From: Rhodosorus marinus CCMP1338 | Taxonomy: Eukaryota; Plantae; Rhodophyta | DNA: 64,000 nt | Assembly (NCBI GenBank): GCA_029953675.1 | Contig: JAMWBK010000002.1 | Coordinates: 1,364,001 to 1,428,000 of the forward strand | Direction of reading: 5' to 3' | Shown: piece after piece, positions 1 to 12,335 of the stretch | Position numbering within the stretch: position 1 is the first letter of the stretch | How the letters are laid out: each line of letters starts with the position of its first letter | Notes under the pieces: generated by a model | The model's input: the letters and a program-made list of their open reading frames with translations, nothing else | What the model was told of the DNA's origin: nothing | Database searches by the model: none | Made by a program: the position numbers and the translations under genes

Positions 1-94
1 GTCACGTCTGTGAGAAGGTCATTCTTGTTTTATTGAAGAAGCTCGGCTGTGGCTTATTCCTTGCTCCTTTTTTTTCTTCGCTGTTTCGTAACAG

Positions 95-2245
95 CTGTTT
101 GAAAATAGCAAGGACAATTTTGACGAGGACTTTGACGAGATAGGAGAGCTTGGAAAAGGCGCTTTTGGAGTATGTATTCTGTGCAAGGACAGACAAACTC
201 AGCAGACCTATGCTGTGAAAAAGGTTCTCAAAGGTACGTCAAGCACTGGATAAGCTGTACATGTCCACAGACCACAACCAATTGAAATCCTTGAGTGAAT
301 CCGCAGGGAGGCTGATTTCGGACTCTATGCGACTCGTCGTCATTACCGAAGTGAAAATCCAGAGTCACCTGAAAGGTCATAAGAACATTGTTCAGATTCT
401 TGATACTTACGAAGACGGTGAATATGTATATATTGTGCAAGAGTTGTGTGAAGGAGGGGATCTGTTTGATCACTTGATTGCTAAAGGTAGAAGCTGCCAC
501 ATTTTGTCAGTTTCCTTCTTCAAGCCGTCGAAGGGCTAGTTTCGCGGAGCGTCAAAACTAACTTGTCATTACGAAAAACAATGCTCAGGTCGTTACTCAG
601 AGAGGGACTCGGCAGATTTGTGTAGAGCGATGCTTATGGCTGTTGAGCACTGCCATAAGAGTGGTGTGTCAGGCGCAGTATCAAGTGGTTGCTTCGGGGA
701 GCAACGTGTTCTCTAACTTGCCAAACGTACTTTGTGTCTTTTTTGTTATAGGTGTGATGCACAGGGACTTGAAACCGGATAACTTTCTGTTTAGCTTTGA
801 AGAACCAAATTCGAAGGATGCGTTATTAAAAACTGCCGATTTTGGACTGTCGTGTTTCCACACACCCGGTACACGGGAGAGTCAACCATGTGGCACCCCC
901 ACGTACATAGCGCCTGAAGTGATCCGCAAGGACTACGATGAGAAAGCGGACATATGGTCCGTAGGTGAGCTTTTTGAGACTTATCTCTCCCTGGATGCAT
1001 GATGTGATTGTTTACTCACGAGACAACAATTTGCTGCGCAATAGGAGTCATCTTGTACATAATGCTAAGTGGAAAAATGCCCTTCTATGGACGAACCGAC
1101 ACGGACTGCCTCCGATCCACTCTCCGCGGTCGATACTCGTTCCAGCATCGGAACTGGCAAACAGTTTCTGATGAAGCGAAAGAGATCGTGGACGCTATGC
1201 TGAGGTACAACCCCAGTGATCGACCTTCAGCCACGGAACTGTTAGGTACGCTGGTTGTTCATACGCAAGCAGTGCTTGTTTTTCGCGCACCTATCTTTGT
1301 TCCGTGGTTGGCTCACCAGAACTTAAACCTCTTTCCGATTAGAATACTCCTGGATCCGTGGAAATGCTTCTACGAAGCCTTTGGTTCAGTCCGTTATAGA
1401 TAACATGAAGCAGTTTTCAAACATGAACAAATTGAAAAAGCGTGCGATGCAGATCATGGCTGAGAGCACGAAACTGCCCAACCTACATGAGGTGAAGAAG
1501 GTTCGTTTCAGCTGTAACAGACCGCCTGGGTTTTAGTCAAGCCGTGTGTATTCCTCTAAACGCGAAGCGCCGCTTCATATCTCAGGCTTTTCGGGAGATG
1601 GACAGGGATGGAAGTGGGACAATCACGGTGGACGAAATGAGAGATGCATTGGAAGCGGTAAACAAGAACTTCTCAGAAGAATACTTTGAGAAACTCTGGG
1701 ATACTTACGATGTCGATGGTACGTAGACAGTGACGGCCTCTTCTTACGTATAGATATAGCTACCTGGGTAAGTTCGCTTTGTGAAGATTCCAATGTTTCC
1801 ACACTCATCGTATTGGAACTACTTAATCACAGGTGATGGCGTAATCGATTACACAGAGTTCCTCACCGCCACTTCGCAGCTGAACAAGCTTTTGACCGCG
1901 GAGAACATGGAGAAAGCGTTCAAGGAGATCGATAAGGATGGTAGCGGAACGATCACTGTTAGTGAGGTGAGAAACATGCTCGAGATCCAATACATAATTT
2001 TGACCCCGCAAATAGAAGTCTCTTATCAGAAGCTGGTACTCTTCGGGACCCCTTAGATTAAGGAAGCGCTCAAGAACTTTAACTGCGACAACCAAATGTT
2101 TGAGCAAATCATGGCAGAAGCCGATAAGAACAAGGACGGCGTAATCGATTATGATGAGTTTGAGGAAATGATGCAAAAGCGTGAAGACCTCCACGTGGCT
2201 GCAGATGAGCTAAAGGGATTACTAAATATTTCAGACCTTGAGTAA
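95..2245 (+). CDS. Calcium-dependent protein kinase (CDPK/CPK), multi-exon; 5' end lies upstream of the window
   Basis: Spliced exons give GKGAFG (95-233), YAVKK, IVQELCEGGDLFD, HRDLKPDNFL, DFGLS, CGTPTYIAPE and DIWSVG. These are followed by the junction MKQFSNMNKLKKRAMQIMAE and four EF-hand loops (DRDGSGTITVDE, DVDGDGVIDYTE, DKDGSGTITVSE, DKNKDGVIDYDE). Stop TAA at 2243-2245. Confidence 0.93.
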
Positions 2246-2612
2246 AATCAGTGCCGCTGCGTGCGGAAAGCGCAGCTTGAGAGATGCTCTGAAGACCGGT
2301 ATTAGTGCCGTCAAAGTTGCTCTAGAATAGGAATCAAAAATTGACCCGCCCTTCCAACGCGCAACGCTACCGACGAGTTCAAAACAAACCTCACGGAAAA
2401 TGAGATTGATAGCTTTATCTTTCAAGTACTCGGGACCTTTCCGACATCAACCTTATGTTAGTGAAGGGACGACTCATCTGAGTTCCCTTTGTACAAGCTC
2501 TTTGCAAACTGTTAATCATCGATTGCAGCAAGCACCCATCCGGCGCTCGATTAGAGTCCGCTTTTGATTATAAATCCAACTCTCCACAATCGACAGAGAT
2601 AATCCATACAAG

Positions 2613-5600
2613 TTACCACGAACAACGACGTTTTAAGGTCGTGTAAAGAAGCTGCTCCGTATTCCATCCCGCGTTCTTAGCTGCATCCAAAAAGGGCCTA
2701 ATTTCCTGGTCAGCTTTTCCTTTTGCTTCGGAGATGGTTTCAAAAGTTACACCTTTTTCTTGTCTCAGGTAGCCAAGGGTGAGCATCGATCGCAGTATGT
2801 CCCTGCTCCTTGCGTCCTCGTGTATCACAATTTTGCATTGCTACAACGACAGCAGAACCGAATTTTAGAGGACCTGGCAACGGCTTCAATGGATTGCCCT
2901 TGGTGCATTTGCTAACCTTTCCCGGGCAGGGTTTACCCTTCTTCGACTTGCAGCCGATTAGGAACTTTTCCTTCCTGAAGATTTCCATATATCGTCTCCA
3001 CTCGTCTTTGGTGGTTACAATCTCTAGCAAGCCTGTGAAGGTCACCCCGTCTTCCCCGATAAGAGGCCGAAGCATAATACGCTCTCGTCGGCTGATGGTG
3101 TGCGGTGTGGGCATGGTCCCCTTGCTGGTATACTCATCGACAATCAGCCCCGTGCGTTGAGGGTTCAGATTCCGGAAAACAACCTAACGTATGGTGATTG
3201 AGTCACAGGCGGTTAGGACTACGCCCCCCAAAATGCTACGTCTCGTCAATTTGAAGGACAAGTGTACCACTCGCAACTCCTGGTGTATTGCAGCGATGTC
3301 CAAAAGCGAAAGGAGCGTGAAAGCGGTGACAATGCTTCTCATCTTAGTCCCGATTACCTTGCTCAGGCTAATACCGAGGCCCATCCCAATCAGTTCAGCA
3401 ATTACGATCTGCGCCTCCCCTTTCGCGGTAATATCTCCAATATTATCTCGTTTCCTTCCAAAACTCCTGTTCCACAGCATGGCAGTATCAGATATACAAA
3501 ACCCTCCTCTCGTCAGCAAGAAGCGTCAAGCACAGTGAGGTAAAAACCAAGAAAAAAAACGGCAACCAGGCCAAAGCCGGAATCCGCGCGCTACCGCTTG
3601 CCAGAGCAGCTGGTTCGACCTTAACAAAGTGTGCTATGGATCAAGGACCTGCCAAAAAAGCTGTTTTCGTTGCCTTACCGATACATCGCATTCCTGGTTG
3701 CAGTTGCTGTTAGCCATGAGACTTGTTTGAACGTAATGGCCATGGTCGCGAAGAAAAGGAAGCTGCTGGGGAATACTTGAGTGAGAATCTCCATCGCATT
3801 TCCCAAACTGTAGACCAAGGCTGAGTTAAATCTCCACCGCTTTGGATCAACGTCAAAATCCTTTCCCTTTGTGCCCGCCCATAGCATCTTCCCCACTCGC
3901 CCGAACCCATTCTTCAACACCCACGCAATTGCCGCAGCCTGACAGAAACAGACGGTGAGGAACCTTTCTAGCTACTGATGTACATAGCTTGCTTCAAGGG
4001 GTGTGCGGGCAGGGGCTTACCTGATTGTTTGCACCAGACTTCAATCCGAGGGCAAGGATTAAAGATTGCGTGCCAAGAACATTCACTGTCGCGGAGATGA
4101 TGCGCTGCACGAAGCGGATTGCCGTGAAGTGGTAGTAGTCGGGAGATACATCATCGGGAAGGAACAAGCGCCTGAGCTGTTCGTACTTGTGTTTAAGCCA
4201 TTGTGCAAGCTCCTCCTGTCAAGGCGTGTCCATCGAAGTGTGCGTTTGTCAGTACAATGCACTGGGAGAAGAGTTGGGCGCACTTGCATCGCACCTCCGG
4301 CGAATTCGTGCTAGTCAAGAAAAGTTGACCTGAATCCTCATCCCACGCTAAGGACCTTCTCTTGGATCCGTTGAGGTCATATGCGGCAACAGTTGCAAGG
4401 CCAACGCTCGCCAAGAACGGGGATGGAACAGCGCCTATTCTCGTTGACGATACACGGTTTTTGGAGAACCGGCTACTTGATGCTTTGGAGACTCTACTGT
4501 TTCTCATTTCCCACCGCAACCTTCGCGTTGACAGGCACCCGACACGCAGCTCTCGTTTAAACAATGCGGCTACCTAGAAACGTTAAAAAGAATGACGTGT
4601 TTAACGGCCACGGTCATTGCCTCCAGAAGCTATGATGTAGTCCATACCCCGAGCTCTCCTTGGGCTATCGCTGCGTGCTCATAGGGTGTACTAGCAGAAA
4701 GAAGAATTTTCTTCAAGCGAAGCAGGCTTTTTCGTTCACAGAGGCTTCCGCGGTAAGTTGGTTGCTGGGCAGAGAGCGAACAGCGCGCCATCTCCGGAGG
4801 AGGGGGCGGCAACCTTTTCGGTGAATCTGCCGACGGCAAAGTTGCCGGCATTGGGGGAAGGCGAACCTCCCTGCATCCTGCAAGACCAAGAACAGAGGAT
4901 GAGTACCCCGCGTTTGAGAAACAGGGACAATCGTTCAATGGGAACGAGTAACACTTGCGAACGCGCCGGCGGTAGTCGACAAACATATTGTTCACTTACC
5001 AGTGTTGAGGTGAAGTTTTTCGTTGTTAGAGTGTTGGTTCATCAAAATCGTTACACTTGGCAATAACATCGCGTATTGGCGGAGAACTAAGCCAGGGCTG
5101 CTGGAAATGCCTATCCACAAATTGGATCCTCTGGCCCTAAGGGCATCCCTCAGATATGTTGCACAAGAAAGGGCGCCCAGAAAATCGCGATCCGCGGCAT
5201 CGAGGACACAAATCGGAATACAGTGCTTGTAATTCTAATTCAAGGTTCAAGGTTCCAGATTCGTAAGCTTCCTTAAACTTGGTCAAAAAGGGCCGAATCT
5301 GCCCCGCTCACCGTGCTAGCACTGAAAGCCGGATTATCATGCAGCCTCAAGTCGCCAATTCTTAAATAAACAATACAAGCATCCGCGGATCGGCGACTAC
5401 TGCTTCTTCCATCAACATTTGGTAGCTTTTGACGCTGCCATTCCCTGCTGGGCTCCGTTAGGATCCGATTTCTAGGTCTACGAGGCAGGTGCGATTGGAA
5501 AAGGCTCGAGCGATTTCGATTCCGTCCCGAATCAAATTGTGCGCAGACGCCGCTCGCCCCACTTCCATAGATCGGAGCTGGTGGGGCGAAAGCAAAGTCA

Positions 5601-5623
5601 TGAGTACTTGAGCAGGAAGGCAT
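2613..5623 (-). CDS. Fusion protein: transit-peptide-like N-terminus + truncated DNA photolyase/cryptochrome domain + RUS/DUF647 domain; 9 exons, about 734 aa
   Basis: Exons 5623-5312, 5234-5000, 4877-4648, 4573-4295, 4215-4021, 3938-3679, 3466-3268, 3183-2917 and 2840-2613 join in one open frame across GT-AG introns. Photolyase-like motifs: IVYLRIGDLRLHDNPAF, CIPICVLD, LRARGSNL, CERKSLLRL, LRVGCLSTRRL. RUS motifs: LFLPDDVSPDYYHF, AWVLKNGFGRVGKMLWA, FDVDPKRWRF, TRNAMYRSF, NIGDITAKGEAQ, NLNPQRTGLIV. Confidence 0.85.
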
Positions 5624-7977
5624 TTAGATGCTCTCCGCCAAACAACCCGTCGGTTGAGAGCTCCTGAAGACCTTGGAAGCCAAGCACAACCGACGAAGAG
5701 AACCACAAGAAGAAAAATTTCAATACATACCCCAACGCTCTCTTCGGTGGATAGCGAATCCTTCAAAGAACAATGGGTCCCGATCTCAATTCACAAGAAC
5801 AATTGCATTCCCATCTGGACCGATTCCAGACTACCAATACATATATATACACAATATATATATAACACTGACGACCCATTGCATCGAAAACACCGTTCCC
5901 CTACCTGTCTCAAACCAGACCGCACTCCGACCACAGAAACATTATCAAACGTAGCAAAACATCACGAGAGCATCGACCATATCCTCCAGTCCGAGACCAA
6001 CTAGTCCAAAAGAAAAAAAAAAAGGCACACAACCCAAACCCGGCTCACCAAACCAGAAACCAACAACCACTCAACCAAAACAACCTATCAACGAACAGAA
6101 CCCCCCCAAACCCTAGAAAATCAGGCTTCACGATCTCCCACAAAACCAAAACCATAAATCAACGATGTGCTTATCTCAAGTTCTACCATAGCCAACTTCG
6201 TCCCGTCGCTCTCTCGAAAGCTTATCCCTTTCCTCCCCTTCCACTCCCTTATTCAACGTGGACGACAACACACCTTTAAGAGGCCAAAAATCCCACTGCT
6301 AATCGGCGTTCCAACAGATCGTCACTACCAAAAAAAAGTTCAAGCAAAACATGGCAAACTGCCTTCCTTCTCCATGACCACAACCGATCGAAACTGCTCA
6401 AAAAACCCAACAACTCTCCTTCAGCGGCCCACCCGTACCTTTTACTAAAACAGAAGCTCTCTACAAAGTATCTAGGCTTATACGAAACGAACAGGCCGCT
6501 AAAATTAAACCTCAAAATGTTTTTTGTATCGTTAGTATTTTCTGGTTTACAGTGTGTAGCTGTATAAGTCCCTGATTCGAGTCATCCATATATCAATCAA
6601 TTAGTGTATCTGATATTTATTGAAATATCGTAATATGATGTTAAATGACTGAATTATGGTATGACACTTTGTTGGGCCTGGCGAGAGCGCGTTGAAACAT
6701 TGTTGTAGAATCGAGCGATGGTGCTTTTCTACTATTTTAGAGCAATAGGTTTCTTAATTTTGGATGATTTTGTTAGATATGGATCATTTGTAGTTTAAGA
6801 AACTTTTCAGCTTCTTTTTAAGCCGCCAAAAATACAGATTTAGGGTTTGGGGGGGGACGACATCTTAAGGCCGAAATGGTTTGTCGTCTTTCGAGTACCC
6901 CCCTGCCATCTCACTTGCACCGTTAGCAATCTAGAGTTCGAGTAAGAAAAAATGTAGAATGAAAATAATTGTTCGAGAATCGGAACCCCTGTATTTTGCT
7001 CGGTGGTCGTATTAGTCAATTGCTGCGTCCGAAAATTGAGTTTGTTCAATTGTATATTCACACGTGTCCTAAGCGAAACTCTGATGATATTAGGTTTACA
7101 TAGAAAGTCCTTCTCTCCGCTCAGCCTTAATAACTTCATTTTTGGTGTGTCACGCGTACCAATTCCTGGGAACAGATTGTGAAGGAAAGGCGTGGTTGAT
7201 CACTGTATTGGCCCGAATGTCGCGTTCGAGTACTCTCTCTTCCCGTTTCCAGTGTGGCTGGATATACGAGTCGGAATCTGAGGAACATAAATAACAAAAC
7301 GCCAAGCATGGCCGTAGACATCGCTTATCTGCTCTCCGTCAACGAAGTTTCATTCACTACAATACTCAGAACGTGCATTCATCACTGTCCTCTGCTCCCG
7401 GCCCAGCGTATCGCTTCCAACTCCCAACCCCCCCAATCTCCCCAAACGACGTCTTCTAATTTTTCGTATATACATTAATAAATTAATGTATAAATAAGAT
7501 TTCTCCCTTTTTCCTTTGAATTCATATATTCAAAAGTAATGAGGAAAAACTAGGCATTTGTGACGATTCTAAAAGTAGACCAACATCGTGCTTAAAAATG
7601 GCTCCTAATGGCACGCTGTGGAAACTGAACCTTTTTTTGTGATAGAAGTTTTCTTCCTGAAGAAGGTCGGGTTTGGTTGGGGGCTGTGCGTTTCCCATTG
7701 AAACGCCTTTTTTAGCGAAGAGAGGTGGGGGGGTAAGCGGGGGGGGGGGGCGGGAGGGGGAAGCAGGAGGACGAGGAATTGCTGGAAGCGACGATTAAGA
7801 GAGGTTGTTTTCGGTTTACGCTTGGGAATATTTTTCTGGGCTGGGGTTTGTGAGGACTGGATTGAGTAGCGGGTGTGCGTTTGATCAATCTTGGTAGATC
7901 GTCGGGAAGGGGGTGAGACGTGCGGTAGATGAGGGTGGATGTGGAGACTTGTTCTTCTCGATTGATGAAGTGTTACG

Positions 7978-9433
7978 ATGTCAATCGAGGAGTTGGACAA
8001 ATGGATTGAACAACTGAAGAGGTGTGAGTATTTGACTGAGGCTGAGGTTAAGGTCTTATGTAACCGTGCACGAGAAATTCTTGTGGAAGAATCCAATATA
8101 CAAAAGATTGAGGCTCCAGTTACAGTACGTGCCGCATAAATCTGTCTGAACTTGTTTCTCGGATAACCTTGAAATACTGAGCGGGCTGGTTCCCTCACGA
8201 TCGAGCCTTAAAAAACCATGTTGAATTCTCAGCGGCGTGAACTGTTTTCCTTTGTTCGTTTAGATTGCTGGAGATATTCACGGACAGTTTTATGATTTAC
8301 TGGAGCTATTGAAAGTTGGTGGGCCGCCACCAGAAACCAGATACTTGTTTATGGGGGACTTTGTTGATCGAGGCTTTTATTCGGTGGAAACGTTTCTGCT
8401 GTTGCTTGCAATGAAGGTTTGACTATCTTTGCCTATCTTTCTTCGCTGAAGCTGATTCCCGTGGTTCACTTCGCTTCGTACTTATGCGTTCCTTCTGTCT
8501 ATTCATCCCGTCGTTGCAGGTACGATGGCCAGACCAAGTGACGCTCATTCGCGGAAATCATGAAAGCAGGCAGATCACTCAGGTCTACGGCTTCTACGAT
8601 GAGTGCGTGCGCAAGTACGGAACTGTGAACGTTTGGCGGTAAGTTGATCAGTGGTAAAACCGCTTTTCCGCGGCTCACTCTCACAGCGTCTTGCGGCCAC
8701 GAGTCCTTGTCGACAACGGATGACTTCCTTTTGGGAGGATGGCAACGAAGACTCTACCCTCTCTCACTAATGTTAATCTTACTTTTTCTGAATACGCGAA
8801 CACAGATATTGCACGGAAGTGTTTGACTACCTGAGCCTGGGAGCGCTGATCAATGGGAAGGTTTTCTGCGTACACGGAGGTCTCTCCCCAAGCATCAACA
8901 CTCTGGATGAGATTAGAGCCATTGATAGAAAGCAAGAGGTACCGCATGATGGTGCAATGTGCGACCTCATGTGGTCAGACCCTGAGGAGGTCGATGGTTG
9001 GGCTTGGAGTCCAAGAGGAGCCGTAAGTTGCAGCGTTGTCCAATCCTGAAGAGCAAACTTTGGTTGAGTGTATCAATCTAGTTTGTGATGAAGCCTCGCG
9101 AGTTCCGTTCTGATCATTCGTCGTTGCTGCTGCGGTTCTCATTATCAGGGTTATCTATTTGGGGAGGAAATTGTGAAACGTTTCAATCACGCGAATGGTC
9201 TTGAGCTAATCGCTCGTGCCCATCAACTGGTCATGGAAGGCTACAAGCTCATGTTCCATGATTCTCTCGTCACAGTATGGTCTGCACCAAACTACTGCTA
9301 CAGATGTGGCAATGTGGCAGCAGTGCTAGGGCTTGATGCGAATTTGCAAAAAAAGTTCACGGTTTTCAACGCGGCACCTCAGGATGGACGGAATGTTCCT
9401 TCCAAACGGCTGGCTCCAGAATACTTCCTCTAA
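7978..9433 (+). CDS. PPP4C: Serine/threonine protein phosphatase 4 catalytic subunit (PPP family), multi-exon
   Basis: ATG 7978 [28 protein letters not shown]...EESNIQ, followed by [55 protein letters not shown] and C-terminal APEYFL. The N- and C-termini fit PP4 better than PP2A. Confidence 0.92.
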
Positions 9434-10078
9434 TACCAACTTCCCTGTTAACTAAGAAATGTAAGCAAGAATAACGTAACCCGCTAGGGGCGACAACCTA
9501 CGGAAATACTCAACAACGTGGTCTAAGATATTCTCATATCCGGTTCTGCCTGGAGAGTCGTTGCGGACTGTGTATAAGAGTTGGATGCGATGAGTATTGT
9601 AAACCTATATGTGTGAAGACAGGATGTCATCCCTTGAAATTCCAGGGTGTTGCAAGTCATCGCGACTCATTCCAAATTTGCCACCCACGAGATGCAAACA
9701 GAATGAATAGGCTTACCGCCAAACAACCTCCACCCAAGTAAACGCATGTCTCGGTCCTGGAACCAAACTTCATTCAAGGTGTCTTAAAGCCTAGATCAGT
9801 CAATCACAAACAAGCCGCCGGATCTAGAAATTCACACTCTAAACGGCTTCTGTCTGTTTAACATCCTCGTGGACAGCTGGTCAGGCTTTGATTGCCCGTC
9901 TTTGCTAATCAAACACACTTGCCGAAGCCCTCCGATATCAGCCGGTTCAAAGCCATGATGCTCTCCTCGGTGAAGAGGATGGGCATATTAGCACTTTGAT
10001 CTTCGTGGATTGCTCGGATGGTGGAGTGAGCAGATCGTAGAAGGTGGATTCATTGGAGTGATCATAGTAGAGATAAAG

Positions 10079-10702
10079 ATGGGTAAGGAGACGCCATTGC
10101 CTCGTAAATGGGGCTTGAACTATCTTGACGAAGGTAGCACGGTAAGAAGTGGATTGGAAGGGAAGAAGAAAGAACTTGTTAAAGAGTTCTATAATCCGCC
10201 GGGTTGGAAGGATGAGAAGGAGCTGGACTCCTTGGTGAAGAAACTTCCAACGGAGGCTGCCCTCGAAAAAGGTAGTCAGCCCGCAAAGCTGTCCAAGGAA
10301 AAGGATCTTGAACGTCTTCGGGAGCTACAGAAGAACGTTTGGGTGGTAGCCTTCAGCCCGGGAAAAAATGTTCTGCTTACCGGTTTTATGCTCTTCGTTG
10401 CGGCTAGAGGCACGAACGTGTTTACGATCATGACAGTGATATCGATGCTCTTCATGCAGCTGAATGCAATTTCAAATATTAACAAAACTTTCTCGGCATC
10501 CCTCAGCGCTGATCCGAGACTGAACGACATTGCCGCTGCGCCCAAGCTCGTTTACGTCCTTCTTTGTTCCGTAGGACTCAGCATCGCTCTGTACAAAGGG
10601 TACGTTTTGGGGCTGCTTCCTCTGACTGAGTCAGATTGGCGTGGTTTGGTCAAGATCAGAACGCAGAACGAGAAGATCGGAGCCGCTTTTCGGATGAGTT
10701 AG
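10079..10702 (+). CDS. EMC4: ER membrane protein complex subunit 4 (DUF1077), single exon
   Basis: ATG 10079. Motif AFSPGKNVLLTGFMLFVAARGTNVFTIMTV plus C-terminal KLVYVL...GLLPLTESDW, matching the EMC4 pattern as I recall it. Confidence 0.82.
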   Translation: MGKETPLPRKWGLNYLDEGSTVRSGLEGKKKELVKEFYNPPGWKDEKELDSLVKKLPTEAALEKGSQPAKLSKEKDLERLRELQKNVWVVAFSPGKNVLLTGFMLFVAARGTNVFTIMTVISMLFMQLNAISNINKTFSASLSADPRLNDIAAAPKLVYVLLCSVGLSIALYKGYVLGLLPLTESDWRGLVKIRTQNEKIGAAFRMS

Positions 10703-11217
10703 GCGAAGTGTGTGGTTACGCGAAGACCGAGATGATCTTTCTTGATATTTTGTACTTGAGGCTATCTCAATAGAGAATCAGCGCATTCAGGCTCGGCTCC
10801 TGCAAAAAAGTGTTCCCAAAATTACAGGCCAGAGTCTCAGCTGGCACCCCGCGCCCGTATACGATCAGAAAATGCTTTGTTGGCAAAAATGCCGTTGTGT
10901 AGTTTGGATTCCACGCATTTGTGTAAACTACGGCGCACAAGGAATGTGCGCCCTTCACTGAAACAATTGCTTCATTGTCAAGCTGATCCTGCCCTGTGCA
11001 GTCTATCTTAAGTTGGTGCGTTCATGAACACTATGCCACCAATCAATGGGTGAAAAGTGAATAGTGAAACAGACGGTACTTTGTCCCAGCACACAGGCAA
11101 TGTCTGGAAACAGGAGCAACAATCCACTTCATTGCCAGTAGTGCCCAAGTAAATATGTTCTTACATGTAGTATATGCCTCCTAGCTAGCTACAGCGGTTT
11201 TCCCGGAGTAGAACGGC

Positions 11218-11376
11218 TCAGCCGTGCAGTGCCTGCAGATAATCCATCGGGGCCACAACCTCTCTTTCCAGACCACGAAAGTCTACGTCCGCTCTTGCCT
11301 GACATGGAGCAACATCATCTCCAATCAAGCTTTTGATCAGCACGGCAATACAAAAACAAAGAGCGGCAAACTCCAT
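11218..11376 (-). CDS. Candidate small secreted peptide (52 aa), below the ORF-track cutoff
   Basis: ATG 11376 to TGA 11218: MEFAALCFCIAVLIKSLIGDDVAPCQARADVDFRGLEREVVAPMDYLQALHG. Has a hydrophobic N-terminus. An intron-like GTAAGA...TTTCCAG (11164-11104) lies just downstream on the same strand. Confidence 0.25.
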   Translation of the reverse strand: MEFAALCFCIAVLIKSLIGDDVAPCQARADVDFRGLEREVVAPMDYLQALHG

Positions 11377-12335
11377 ATTTATCTAGGGCCAAAGGCAGAA
11401 GTCTTCAGATGCGGTCCGAGTTGACAACATGTCAACTGACCATGTCTAAGGACTGAAAGCGGGTTGTCGATGAGCCCTGACGTTCAATCCCACCTAAAGG
11501 TGCACGAATCCAATAGTAGCAATTACAAAAAAATAGTTGAGAGTTCCGCACCAAATCCCGGCTCAGTTTGGAACAATCAACATACGCACATTATCAATCA
11601 ATATATAAAATGATTGATATCAGTCCATTCCGTTGACCATAGATTCTGTCAGACTTTATCGGTAGATACAGTTTTTCATCGTTATTATATACGTTGTAGT
11701 GATCATTATCTTCATATATTCAAGATTTATGAAGCCAAAAAATTCGATCATACAGTTTTTCTAGTCTCAAACCTCATCTTAATCTGCAATTCAATGAAAA
11801 ATTATTGTGTATTCAAAATTGTTATAAGATTCAATAAAAAGGTAACTGGTGTGGAAGTGTGGAAACTGTGGAAATGGACCAGGGGTAGAGTAGAACTACT
11901 GCGGACAAACCAAATTGACTTTGCTTTATTATAAATTGTAATGCGCCGTAGGACACAGAGACTATCTAGGGGGTGAGATTTCCTATTGAATGTTTCATTG
12001 GGTATTTGGAGTTTTTTGATAGGGTCGAGTAAGAATGGTCAGTTCTGTCGGAGCTCTCGTTGGCCTGTGAAAATGATATGGTTTTGTCGGTATTTGTTGG
12101 AATGAGCTCACATGGTGTTTTTTGAGGTGGAAAATGATGTATCTCTCCTGAACATGTTTTAGCGGCAGTGCGTCCGGAAAACCAGTTAGGGAATGGGGGG
12201 AGGGGGAGATTGGTGTGAGATGAGACTGGGGGAGGGGCAGAAAGACTGGGTAGGAGGAAAAGTTTTGGAATTTTTTTGGCGATAGTTTTGTTTTGGTTTT
12301 AGTTTGCGAAGGCTTTGTTTTGTTGACAAGAGATA

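Noticed and set aside
5654-6448. ORFs at 5654, 5673 and 6167
   Set aside because: They lie in C/A-skewed low-complexity leader DNA, give T/H/Q/K-biased translations and have no motifs.
7136-7321. 61-aa minus ORF with hydrophobic start and possible donor site
   Set aside because: I could not extend it into a coherent gene.
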